Assembly: GCA_040386275.1 (NCBI GenBank)
Contig: JAZKFU010000009.1
Location: 22,367-86,366, forward strand
Reading direction: 5' to 3'
Length of the DNA: 64,000 bases
From: Patescibacteria group bacterium
Lineage (GTDB): Bacteria > Patescibacteriota > Minisyncoccia > Phycocordibacterales > UBA918
In this document: one piece after another, positions 1 to 8,483 of the stretch
Numbering within the stretch: position 1 is the stretch's first letter
How the letters are laid out: each line of letters opens with the position of its first letter
Position numbers and translations under genes: made by a program
Notes under the pieces: model-generated
Databases searched by the model: none
Seen by the model: the letters and a program-made list of their open reading frames with translations, nothing else
Told to the model about the DNA's origin: nothing

Positions 1-41
1 AGATAATTCCATGCCCGTATCATACCAGAAAGATGCCTATT

Positions 42-296
42 TTAAACATTAAATTTTTGGCGACGAGAACTGACTTTTGAGAGCGCCTCATGTTTGCTTC
101 GGTCACCATTTCTACTTTCTACCCGTTTTCGCCAGCGAATATATGTTTTGGGAGATTGGTTGGTACGCATGAATGCAATGACTTGGTTTTCAGTTAGTCC
201 AAATTCTCGCGTAATGGTTTCAAAAGAAATCGTGTCACCCCAGGCCATGAGGATAATTTGTTCCGTTTCTTCGGGATTGAAAGTAGTTAGTTTCAT
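42..296 (-). CDS. TIGR03643/DUF2805-family small protein
   Basis: Pattern IxMAWxDxxxFExIxxxFGLxExQVI...YxRWRKRV recalled for this family. Confidence 0.7.
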   Translation of the reverse strand: MKLTTFNPEETEQIILMAWGDTISFETITREFGLTENQVIAFMRTNQSPKTYIRWRKRVESRNGDRSKHEALSKVSSRRQKFNV

Positions 297-425
297 ACCA
301 ATGTATTAATAATAATTATAATATCCCTAGTAACTCTCGCCTAATACGCAAAATACCCACGGTTTGACAGTTTTTTCGAGCGTTTTAAAATAATAGAGAG
401 GCTTAGTACCTTAAGTCATGTATCT

Positions 426-1646
426 ATGAATCCAGAATCAAATCTTTCTCGTTTTGTAACTATTGTAGTCACCAGTGTGGTGACGGTGATTATTACTTTG
501 GGTGTAATGGTGTTGGCGCCCCGATATCTACCACAGCAAATTTCTGATAAAAATCAATTAACCACTACCCAGGCTGATGCCGGGATAGGGGGTAATGCTG
601 AAGCAATTCCTGATATGGTAGATCGCGTGTCAGATGCCGTGGTGTCCGTGATAGCAACAGCCGATGTGCCGGTCGTGGAGGAATACTTTGAAGAATATAA
701 CCCCTGGGGTAGATTTTTTGGTGATGGGTTTGGCCTATCAATTCCTCGCCAGCGACAAATTGGAACGGAAAAACAAGAGGTGGGAGGCGGAACTGGATTT
801 TTTGTATCCAATGACGGCTACATCGTAACCAATCGACATGTAGTCGATGCGGAAAATGTAGAATATTCTGTAGTGACCAATGACGGCGAAACCTTTCCGG
901 TAACGGTTATCGCTAAAGATTCAGCTTTGGATATTGGAATCCTAAAAGTTGATGCCGACCAACAATTTCCGTTTCTAGCGTTTGGTGACAGTAAAGATGT
1001 TCGCTTGGGAGAAACAGCCGTAGCCATTGGTAATGTACTCGCGCAGTTTCCTAATAGTGTCTCGGTGGGAGTAATTTCAGGACTTTCCCGCGATATTGTA
1101 GCGGGTGATAATGCCGGATCAGTTGAGTCACTCGAAGGCGTAATTCAAACCGATGCTGCCATCAACCGGGGTAATTCAGGTGGGCCGTTATTAAATCTCG
1201 CGGGAGAAGTCATTGGGGTTAATGTGGCGGTAGCTGGTAACGGTGAAAATATTGGTTTTGCGTTACCAGCTTCATCGGTCGCGAGTGCCTATGAGAGTGT
1301 AAAAAAGCACGGTGCAATTATTCGACCGTTTATTGGCGTGCGTTATTTGCAACTTGATGAAACGATTGCGCGACGAAATAATGTTGACCGTAACTATGGG
1401 GTGCTCGTCGTACGCGGGTCCTCGCAGGAAGAATTAGCGGTCGTGCCTGGTTCACCGGCTGATAAAGCTGGGATTGTAGAAAACGATATTATATTAGAAA
1501 TTGAAAGTAAAAAATTAGATGGTGCTCAAAGTTTTGCCAGTATGATTCGGGACTACGCGGTAGGGGACACGATTACCCTAAAAGTCTTGCATGACGGTGA
1601 AGAAAAAGAGGTGGTTGTGAAATTAGAAAAAGCTCCAGCTGTGTAA
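426..1646 (+). CDS. htrA: HtrA/DegP-family serine protease with PDZ domain
   Basis: N-terminal TM; GTGF, TNRHVV, D, TDAAINRGNSGGPL catalytic motifs; C-terminal PDZ (GSPADKAG). Confidence 0.93.
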   Translation: MNPESNLSRFVTIVVTSVVTVIITLGVMVLAPRYLPQQISDKNQLTTTQADAGIGGNAEAIPDMVDRVSDAVVSVIATADVPVVEEYFEEYNPWGRFFGDGFGLSIPRQRQIGTEKQEVGGGTGFFVSNDGYIVTNRHVVDAENVEYSVVTNDGETFPVTVIAKDSALDIGILKVDADQQFPFLAFGDSKDVRLGETAVAIGNVLAQFPNSVSVGVISGLSRDIVAGDNAGSVESLEGVIQTDAAINRGNSGGPLLNLAGEVIGVNVAVAGNGENIGFALPASSVASAYESVKKHGAIIRPFIGVRYLQLDETIARRNNVDRNYGVLVVRGSSQEELAVVPGSPADKAGIVENDIILEIESKKLDGAQSFASMIRDYAVGDTITLKVLHDGEEKEVVVKLEKAPAV

Positions 1647-1784
1647 ATTACGTGTGGTGTAAACCTTTAAAATATCTCGTTAATTCAACGGTATGAGGAC
1701 AACCTTGCTTGCAAATATTTTGTTATTAATCTATAGTAACATTATCTGATTATATAAAGGTCAGTAATTAAAATAAATAAAACT

Positions 1785-2045
1785 ATGACAAATATTTTAC
1801 TTTGGATTATATCTGGAGGAATAGCCGGATGGTTGGCGAGTCTTCTTATGGGGGATGATGCAGGCTTAGGAATTATCGGCAATGTAGTAGTTGGTATTAT
1901 TGGAGCCTTTATTGGAGGGTTTATCTTTGACAAAATTGGACACGGTCAAGCACCTGGTGCGGAACGTCCCACAGCAGTGATGCCTTTCATTGCAGCGGTA
2001 GTTGGGGCAGTGGTCTTATTATTTATTATAGACTTAGTGCTATAA
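1785..2045 (+). CDS. GlsB/YeaQ/YmgE (transglycosylase-associated) stress membrane protein
   Basis: WIIxGGIAGWLA...GNVVVGIIGAFIGG...AVVGAVVLL pattern. Confidence 0.85.
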   Translation: MTNILLWIISGGIAGWLASLLMGDDAGLGIIGNVVVGIIGAFIGGFIFDKIGHGQAPGAERPTAVMPFIAAVVGAVVLLFIIDLVL

Positions 2046-2083
2046 AAATATAAATAATTATTTCTAAAACTACCTATAAAAAT

Positions 2084-2368
2084 ATGGAAAACAATAACGC
2101 AAGCACGGTTGCCTGGGTCGGTCTCATTACTGCAGTTCTAGCGCTTATCCTAGCGTGGACAGCGTTCAATCGAGCCGGTGCAGATTTGGAGGCGATGGTC
2201 GCAGCTCAAATCGAAGAAGCTGCAGAAGAAGCGGCTGTTGTTGCCGACGACGCAGCTGACGCAACCTTAGAGGTAACTGCAGATACTCTAGAAGTTAGTG
2301 CTGATGCGATGGATGCAGGTGCTGAAGCTTCTGATGCTGCAGCGGTAGATGTACGACAAGCTCAATAA
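2084..2368 (+). CDS. small membrane-anchored acidic Ala-rich protein
   Basis: One TM then acidic low-complexity tail; co-oriented in a 3-gene run. Confidence 0.65.
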   Translation: MENNNASTVAWVGLITAVLALILAWTAFNRAGADLEAMVAAQIEEAAEEAAVVADDAADATLEVTADTLEVSADAMDAGAEASDAAAVDVRQAQ

Positions 2369-2404
2369 TAACTTTAGGAATTGTAATTAAATAATATACA
2401 CAAT

Positions 2405-2662
2405 ATGGACAATGATAACCCAAACTTAAATAATGCAGCCCATGATCGAAAGGAGTGGTTTGAGTCTAAAAAAGCTGAACATCAAGCCCGCGTCGAAAAA
2501 ATGGAAGCTTCAGAAAAAATGGAAGCAAATAACGGTTGGCAAAATTTTAGTGATGAGTTTGACGCTGCAACCGATTGGACAGATGCATCGTGGGACGAGT
2601 TCACTGCAAAGATAGGTAAATGGTGGAATGCAGGAGAAGTAAAAGTTGACGAGTCAATTTAA
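2405..2662 (+). CDS. small hydrophilic hypothetical protein
   Basis: AT-rich leader, followed by a terminator; Trp/Asp-rich helical tail. Confidence 0.65.
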   Translation: MDNDNPNLNNAAHDRKEWFESKKAEHQARVEKMEASEKMEANNGWQNFSDEFDAATDWTDASWDEFTAKIGKWWNAGEVKVDESI

Positions 2663-2688
2663 TTGAAAAAATTAGTCGGGGTTGCTCG

Positions 2689-2728
2689 ACATAAAAACAC
2701 ACTTTCTTAAGAAAGTGTGTTTTTATGT
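2689..2728. terminator. 40-bp perfect palindrome / intrinsic terminator
   Basis: acataaaaacacactttc-ttaa-gaaagtgtgtttttatgt. Confidence 0.75.
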
Positions 2729-3017
2729 TAGGTGAATTTTTAAACGAAAAAGCGTTCAGGCTTTTTCTCTTAGTGGACGTTGCTCACTTATTCGCCTATA
2801 CGCAAAAATCCCCGAAAGGGGATTTTGCTTCTGGGCGACGTCGTAGAGGATGTTAGAACTGTGTTTGAGAAATTGGGGGATACGAGTATTTATATTCCAG
2901 TACTTTCATACGCAAATTGAAAAAGCCCCGCACGAAGCAGGGCTTTTCTGGGGGCTCGCTATGTGACGGGTTCTAAGTTGACTCTGGGTGTCAAAATACC
3001 CGTCTTCGCCACTGTCG

Positions 3018-3398
3018 TCATTCCACCTGGCAACGATAGGGTCGGCCAAGTTCCAGGTTGACTTTGACGACAGTCTCCGGCGATTTGTCGATACTGCAAA
3101 GACGCAGCAGATGTTGTCCTGTAGCCCGCCCCAGAACGTTGACCATTTCCCGTTCTGCCGTATCCTTCGGAAGCTGGCCGGATTCAATGAGTAGCGACAG
3201 GCTGATGCGAAAGGCGATGGTTTCGTCGACACTCATGTCAGTCAGGTTTTTCCCAACCTCGATCAAGCCTTGTGCAATGCCGGCACCGTCTTCACTCGCC
3301 ACAACTTTGTTGAGGGCAGCATAGACGTTGTTTTCTTCAGCCTTCGCCATGCTGGCGAAGGACGATGCAGCAACAATAAGAACAAAGAGCGTACGCAT
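3018..3398 (-). CDS. secreted hypothetical protein
   Basis: AAGGA SD before ATG 3398; signal peptide ending AKA; hairpin terminator 2921-2948. Confidence 0.65.
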   Translation of the reverse strand: MRTLFVLIVAASSFASMAKAEENNVYAALNKVVASEDGAGIAQGLIEVGKNLTDMSVDETIAFRISLSLLIESGQLPKDTAEREMVNVLGRATGQHLLRLCSIDKSPETVVKVNLELGRPYRCQVE

Positions 3399-3516
3399 GT
3401 CATATTCCTTCTTTTTGAGATGACTCCAGCAAATTACCATATTTACTATAGAAATCAAGGTGAAGAGAAATGGGTCAGTCACTTCTGTATAAACAAATAG
3501 CTATCTTTGCTACGTA

Positions 3517-3694
3517 GGGCAGTTAACGGAAAAGGTTACGAATCACTAAGTATATTTGTCCTCTTTCAGCTCCAAATCTACTAAGTGTTCTCGACCCTGA
3601 CGCCGGCCCTAAAGGGGACCACGGCTTGCGTCTTTCAATTCCCGGTAGCTCGCTCCAAACGTCAACGACCCCAAAGCTAAACGCTTTGGGGTCG
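3517..3694 (-). repeat. structured element carrying an inverted and a degenerate direct copy of the tRNA-His 3' end around a GGTCGAGA..AGTGAxTCGT core
   Basis: 3634-3649 matches tRNA-His T-arm/acceptor 15/16; core resembles 58716-58775. Confidence 0.65.
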
Positions 3695-3778
3695 GACAAT
3701 TTGGGCACGTACTGTCCCTCGGGTGGAACCAATTCTAAGATTTATGCCTGGGGTGGCTGGATGAAGCGAGAGATGTAT

Positions 3779-4303
3779 TTATTCTGGATTTATTGGCTCG
3801 ATTTCGCTTTTGTATTTTTTATATAACGCAAGAGAACGATTAAAAGGAATCGCTTTTACGTAGAAAACATTTTTGCCATATGAAGCGGGGACATCCCATA
3901 ATTTATGTCTCACTAAAGGTCCCCATGCCCATTTAGAAATGATTTGGTCTTCATGTACAACACCAATGTGGGTTAGCCGTTCTGGGTAATTCTCCAAGTC
4001 TTGATAAACAACGTAGTCGCCGTTAATTGGAGCATCCGTACGTTCAATCTCATTGTTCTCCAAGAGTTTAATGAGGTACAAGTCATCAAATCCGTTCGTC
4101 TCTGCTATTAGCTCTAATTTGCCAGCAAAGCCGAGTGCGTAGGCGAAGTAGTTATGATTTTTAGTTTCCTCTGGTGGGTCTGCAAGTATCTCTAGCTCGC
4201 CAGGAAAAATCGGTTTTGTATTTTTTACAAATAGCTCTGGTATCCACCAGTCTTTCACATCATTTTTTAAGATTATTACATCTAACTGCTCTCGGTTCAC
4301 CAT
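3779..4303 (-). CDS. hypothetical protein, possibly papain-like fold with catalytic Cys replaced
   Basis: NYFAYA...THIGVV...SKWxxGPLxRH pattern. Confidence 0.55.
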   Translation of the reverse strand: MVNREQLDVIILKNDVKDWWIPELFVKNTKPIFPGELEILADPPEETKNHNYFAYALGFAGKLELIAETNGFDDLYLIKLLENNEIERTDAPINGDYVVYQDLENYPERLTHIGVVHEDQIISKWAWGPLVRHKLWDVPASYGKNVFYVKAIPFNRSLALYKKYKSEIEPINPE

Positions 4304-4387
4304 CAGAAAAGTATATCAGGTTCAACTACGGACAGTAGTCACACAAAAATACCTTCAAAATCCGTAGCAATATATACCTCTGAAAAT

Positions 4388-4583
4388 TGGGCGGCTATCG
4401 GGGGTAATCTTTCCCTACGGGAACGGTACAGTTTTCGCACCTCACTAAATACCGGGAATATCGACCCTTACAGGGTCAGTACCCCAATTGGATATTTCTG
4501 TTCGCAAGCTCCAGAAATATCTCAATCGGGCTTCGATTCGCGCAACGCGTTTCTAAAGAAACGCTGCGCCCGATAGCCGCCCA
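4388..4583. repeat. 196-bp palindromic element bounded by 15-bp inverted repeats derived from the tRNA-His 3' end
   Basis: tgggcggctatcggg (4388-4402) and cccgatagccgccca (4569-4583). Confidence 0.75.
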
Positions 4584-4616
4584 CGAAAAAAGTCCCCGAA
4601 GGGACTCTTTCTCGAG

Positions 4617-4689
4617 GGCGGCTACCGGGAATCGAACCCGAATTATCGGTACCACAAACCGATGCATTAACCGTTATACTATAGCCGCC
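4617..4689 (-). tRNA. tRNA-His (GTG), genomically encoded G-1, CCA not encoded
   Basis: Cloverleaf GCGGCTA/TAGCCGC, anticodon loop TTGTGGT, GGTTCGATTCC T-arm, C73. Confidence 0.95.
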
Positions 4690-4824
4690 ATTTGCCATTG
4701 AGCGTAGCTCTTTGGTGCACACTGTTATACCTATTTTTTGGGAAAAAGTCGAGCCCTTACTTTGGGCTCTTAAAATATAAGTTAGATATGGCTGTCTGCA
4801 GAAAATCTTGTATACTCTTATTAT

Positions 4825-4914
4825 ATGAATCAAGAAACTTTGTTGGTGGCGTTGTTTTTTCTGTTTATGATTGGGGCGGGGATTGGGTTTTATATTGCGC
4901 GGATGATTTTTTAA
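4825..4914 (+). CDS. 29-aa single-TM peptide (below ORF-track cutoff)
   Basis: MNQETLLVALFFLFMIGAGIGFYIARMIF; TATACT -10 at 4811, stop 7 nt before the next ATG. Confidence 0.5.
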   Translation: MNQETLLVALFFLFMIGAGIGFYIARMIF

Positions 4915-4921
4915 TACGTGT

Positions 4922-6049
4922 ATGGCTAAGTACCTAGTATTGCTGGTAGGGGTCTTGTTTTTTGTTACAACCAGCTCCAGCGTGCTTGGTCAAGAGGTGC
5001 ATCAAGACTTGCAGGAAACGGTAAAAGCCAAGGTGCTTGAGGTGGTGGAGCAAAGTGACCGACTGATAATGGGAACAGATGCAACGACCACGGTGCAAAC
5101 GCTGCGTATTGAATTATTAGAGGGGGAGAAAAAGGGGGAAGTTGTGTCTTTAGATAACGACATCATGGTGTTGTTTGTGGGGGATACGATATTCGTTAAT
5201 CGGCTCGTTGCTATTGATGAAACAGAGTATTTTACCTTTAAAGATGTGGAGCGACGGCCACAATTATTTTGGATGGGTCTATTGATGGTGGGATTGGTGC
5301 TGTTGTTTGCGGGTTGGCAGGGGATGCGGGCACTAATGAGTTTGGGAATTAGTATTGCGGCGATTATATTTTTACTGGTGCCCGCTCTTTTAGCAGGATA
5401 TGAACCAGCACTCGCGAGCTTGGGAATTGCAGGAGTGATTTTGGCAGTATCTCTGTTTCTCACTCATGGGGTAAAGCCACGCGTGTTTATTGCGTTTATG
5501 GGAACCTTTGGAGCGGTCGGGGTTACTTGTTTGATTGCATGGTTGTCTGTGGATTGGTTGCGATTAACGGGCTTTGGTTCTGACGCGTCGGTGTATTTAA
5601 ATTTTTCTACTGGGGGCACGCTAGATATCGCGGGCTTGCTACTCGGTAGTATCATTATTGGACTGCTTGGGGTACTTGATGATGTTTCTATTACCCAGGC
5701 GTCGGTAGTGCAAGAACTCAGGGGGGCTAACCCCACACTCTCGAGTTTTGAACTCTATAAGCGCGCTATTAATGTTGGACGTGATCATGTGGGTTCGCTC
5801 GTTAATACGCTGGCGTTGGCATATTTGGGTACGGCGCTACCGCTCGTTATGTTTTACGCCCGCGCTAACGCTGATTTTTGGCAATCGATTAATCAAGAAA
5901 TTATCGCTTCAGAAATCCTGCGGATTATTATCGGCAGTATTGGCCTAATCTTGGCTGTACCATTTACGACCATGGTGGCAGCTTGGTACTTTGGTAACCG
6001 AGAAGTCCGGCCAGAAGACACCAGTGGACATGCGCATCACCACCATTAA
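4922..6049 (+). CDS. YibE/F-family membrane protein
   Basis: [13 protein letters not shown] and [16 protein letters not shown] motifs, multiple TMs, His-rich tail. Confidence 0.9.
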   Translation: MAKYLVLLVGVLFFVTTSSSVLGQEVHQDLQETVKAKVLEVVEQSDRLIMGTDATTTVQTLRIELLEGEKKGEVVSLDNDIMVLFVGDTIFVNRLVAIDETEYFTFKDVERRPQLFWMGLLMVGLVLLFAGWQGMRALMSLGISIAAIIFLLVPALLAGYEPALASLGIAGVILAVSLFLTHGVKPRVFIAFMGTFGAVGVTCLIAWLSVDWLRLTGFGSDASVYLNFSTGGTLDIAGLLLGSIIIGLLGVLDDVSITQASVVQELRGANPTLSSFELYKRAINVGRDHVGSLVNTLALAYLGTALPLVMFYARANADFWQSINQEIIASEILRIIIGSIGLILAVPFTTMVAAWYFGNREVRPEDTSGHAHHHH

Positions 6050-6087
6050 TTAGCTATACTACATATATTATAAATAAGTACTACTCT

Positions 6088-6471
6088 ATGAAAGATTTTA
6101 TTGACGAATTCAAGGCGTTTGCGATGAAGGGAAATGTGATTGATCTCGCCGTGGCGGTGGTGATTGGAGCAGCCTTTGGAAAAATCGTAGCCTCACTTGT
6201 AGAAAATATCATTATGCCTACCATTGGTATATTGATGGGTGGTGTTGATTTTACCAACTGGTCACTACAGGTAGGGGAGGCAAATATTACCTACGGTGTG
6301 TTTATTCAAAGTATTTTTGACTTTACCATCATAGCCTTTGTTATCTTTATGGTGATGCGGGCTATTTCGCGCTTTAAAAAGAAGGAGGCGGTGTTGCCAA
6401 CGGTGACTCCCGAGCCGTCAGATGAGGTAAAGTTACTCATTGAGATTCGCGATAGTTTACGGCGGAATTAA
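6088..6471 (+). CDS. mscL: large-conductance mechanosensitive channel
   Basis: [24 protein letters not shown]; LLIEIRDSL. Confidence 0.96.
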   Translation: MKDFIDEFKAFAMKGNVIDLAVAVVIGAAFGKIVASLVENIIMPTIGILMGGVDFTNWSLQVGEANITYGVFIQSIFDFTIIAFVIFMVMRAISRFKKKEAVLPTVTPEPSDEVKLLIEIRDSLRRN

Positions 6472-6487
6472 AGGTATACATAAAACT

Positions 6488-6513
6488 AATGAGGCGACCA
6501 ATGTCGCCTCATT
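6488..6513. terminator. bidirectional terminator
   Basis: aatgaggcgac-caat-gtcgcctcatt between convergent genes. Confidence 0.7.
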
Positions 6514-6521
6514 TTAATTGT

Positions 6522-6725
6522 CTAGGAAGCAACTGTCGGCACGTTCAGCTCATACCGACTGACCCCGTGCTCATCTTCCCAGAAGGCAAGGCGTGTTTCA
6601 AGGGGTTGAGTGCCTTGCCCTCGCTTTAGGTGGTAGTGATAGAGTTGTTTATCCGCCTCACACCAGATGCCAAAACTACCGTCGGTGAACACTTGAGTTA
6701 CCATACCTGACTTACTTTTATTCAT
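6522..6725 (-). CDS. small hypothetical protein
   Basis: GGAGG SD, TATACT -10 upstream, ends at terminator. Confidence 0.6.
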   Translation of the reverse strand: MNKSKSGMVTQVFTDGSFGIWCEADKQLYHYHLKRGQGTQPLETRLAFWEDEHGVSRYELNVPTVAS

Positions 6726-7101
6726 ACTACTTTCCTCCGGCTCTGTACTATCGTTACAGTATATAAGTTGCTCATGAGTGTCAATAAATGCATTAGATAT
6801 TTCTCCCGGTCTTCACAAATGCTAAAACAATTTTAGAGTATGAAAGACCTGATTAGTTATCCCCATTCTTGTGCACTGTACTCAGGTAGCGGTCCTTACT
6901 TTAAGCCATATCTCCGTGCCGTAGCCGTTTTTTACATTTACTGCAAAACCCCTTATTATAGGTGTATCACCGCGTCTCCACCGCGATGTGTGTCGGAGGA
7001 CAAGACACGCAGCGTTATGTTTTTAAAACATACCCTGAGCCCAGTCACATAAACTGGGCAGTCTTTACCTCACCTTGTAGTCGCGCACATTATTTATTAA
7101 A

Positions 7102-8433
7102 ATGAAAGATACTACGACTATGGAAATTAAACACATTAAAAAGCGTGATGGATCACTACAGTCCTTCGATATTGTAAAAATCGAACACGCTATTTTAATG
7201 GCACTGAAAGAAACCAATGAAGGTGTTGAAGCTGACGCGAGTAAAGTGGCCACTCGAGTTCATCAAAACGCTGTTTCTATGTGTGTCCAAGCGGGCACCG
7301 CTACTGCAGAGGACCCGCAGTCCCAAAAATGTATCAACGGTTACCCAACGGTAGAAGAAATCCAGGACTTGGTGGAGGCGTCACTCATGGAATTGGGGTA
7401 TTTTGAAACGGCCAAAGCGTACATCATCTACCGAAACGAGCGCAAGAAAATGCGTGAACCGGATATTTTCCGCAAGCGACCCTACCTCAAGCCGTACGAG
7501 TACCCTGAACTCTATGAGTACGTTGATGCAGTACGACATTCATACTGGGTGCACACGGAATTTAACTTTACCGGTGACGTCCAAAATTTCCATGTGAACG
7601 TTAACGATGTTGAGCGTAGTGCTATTAAAAACACCATGCTTGCCATCGCGCAAATTGAAGTGGCGGTGAAAAGTTTCTGGGGAGATATTTACAAAAAAAT
7701 GCCTAAGGCAGAGATTGGGGCAGTGGGAGCGACTTTTGCTGAATCTGAAGTTCGTCACACTGACGCCTACTCACACTTGCTTGAAATTTTAGGTCTCAAC
7801 AATGAGTTCACTAAAATTAAAAATATCCCAGTCATTCAGTCACGAATGAATTATTTGGAGAAAGTAAGTGAGCTCTCAAAAACGAGTGAAAATAAAGAGT
7901 ACGCTCAAGCGGTTATGTTGTTCTCGTTGTTTGTGGAGCACGTCTCTTTGTTCTCACAGTTTTTGATTATGATGTCCTTCAATAAACATAAGAATTTATT
8001 TAAGGGAATCAGTAACGCCGTGGAGGCTACTTCAAAAGAAGAAAACCTGCACGGTATGTTTGGGATTGATGTGATTAACATCATTAAAAAAGAACATCCA
8101 GAGTGGTTTGACGCCGAAGCAAAAAATAAGATTATGACTGCTTGCGAAGAGGCGTTTGAAGCAGAAAGTAAGGTGATTGACTGGATTTTTGAAGCGGGGG
8201 AACTTGATTTCTTGCCCGCCAGTAACGTGAAGGAGTTTGTGAAGCATCGCTTTAACAATTCGCTTGCATCCATTGGTATGGAACGATTGTTTGATGTAAA
8301 TCCGGTGTTGCTTGAGGAAACTGATTGGTTTGATAATGAAGTTATTGCTACCAAGCACGTAGACTTCTTTGACAAACGATCAATTAACTACAACAAACGA
8401 TCGGCGAGCGTGACGAGTGAAGATTTGTTTTAA
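7102..8433 (+). CDS. nrdB: ribonucleotide reductase beta subunit with N-terminal ATP-cone (NrdBi / class Id-like)
   Basis: IKKRDG..F...KI..AI ATP-cone; QIEVAVK, ESEVRHTDAY, KEENLH metal ligands; DFFDKRSINY tail. Confidence 0.92.
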   Translation: MKDTTTMEIKHIKKRDGSLQSFDIVKIEHAILMALKETNEGVEADASKVATRVHQNAVSMCVQAGTATAEDPQSQKCINGYPTVEEIQDLVEASLMELGYFETAKAYIIYRNERKKMREPDIFRKRPYLKPYEYPELYEYVDAVRHSYWVHTEFNFTGDVQNFHVNVNDVERSAIKNTMLAIAQIEVAVKSFWGDIYKKMPKAEIGAVGATFAESEVRHTDAYSHLLEILGLNNEFTKIKNIPVIQSRMNYLEKVSELSKTSENKEYAQAVMLFSLFVEHVSLFSQFLIMMSFNKHKNLFKGISNAVEATSKEENLHGMFGIDVINIIKKEHPEWFDAEAKNKIMTACEEAFEAESKVIDWIFEAGELDFLPASNVKEFVKHRFNNSLASIGMERLFDVNPVLLEETDWFDNEVIATKHVDFFDKRSINYNKRSASVTSEDLF

Positions 8434-8483
8434 CATGAGTAGAGTGTCGCACTCTTTATTATTCCGCATTAAGCATTGATTGT

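Noticed and set aside
3523-3826. Short ORFs 3523-3732 and 3626-3826
   Set aside because: They overlie the structured repeat; no coding signals
4388-4583. tRNA intron or second tRNA gene
   Set aside because: tRNA-His is intact and contiguous; the element has only 3'-end fragments and no anticodon arm
4476-4937. ORFs overlapping tRNA-His
   Set aside because: Explained by the tRNA and the 29-aa peptide in another frame
6840-7052. 70-aa ORF upstream of nrdB
   Set aside because: Spans the likely promoter and leader; no recognisable features
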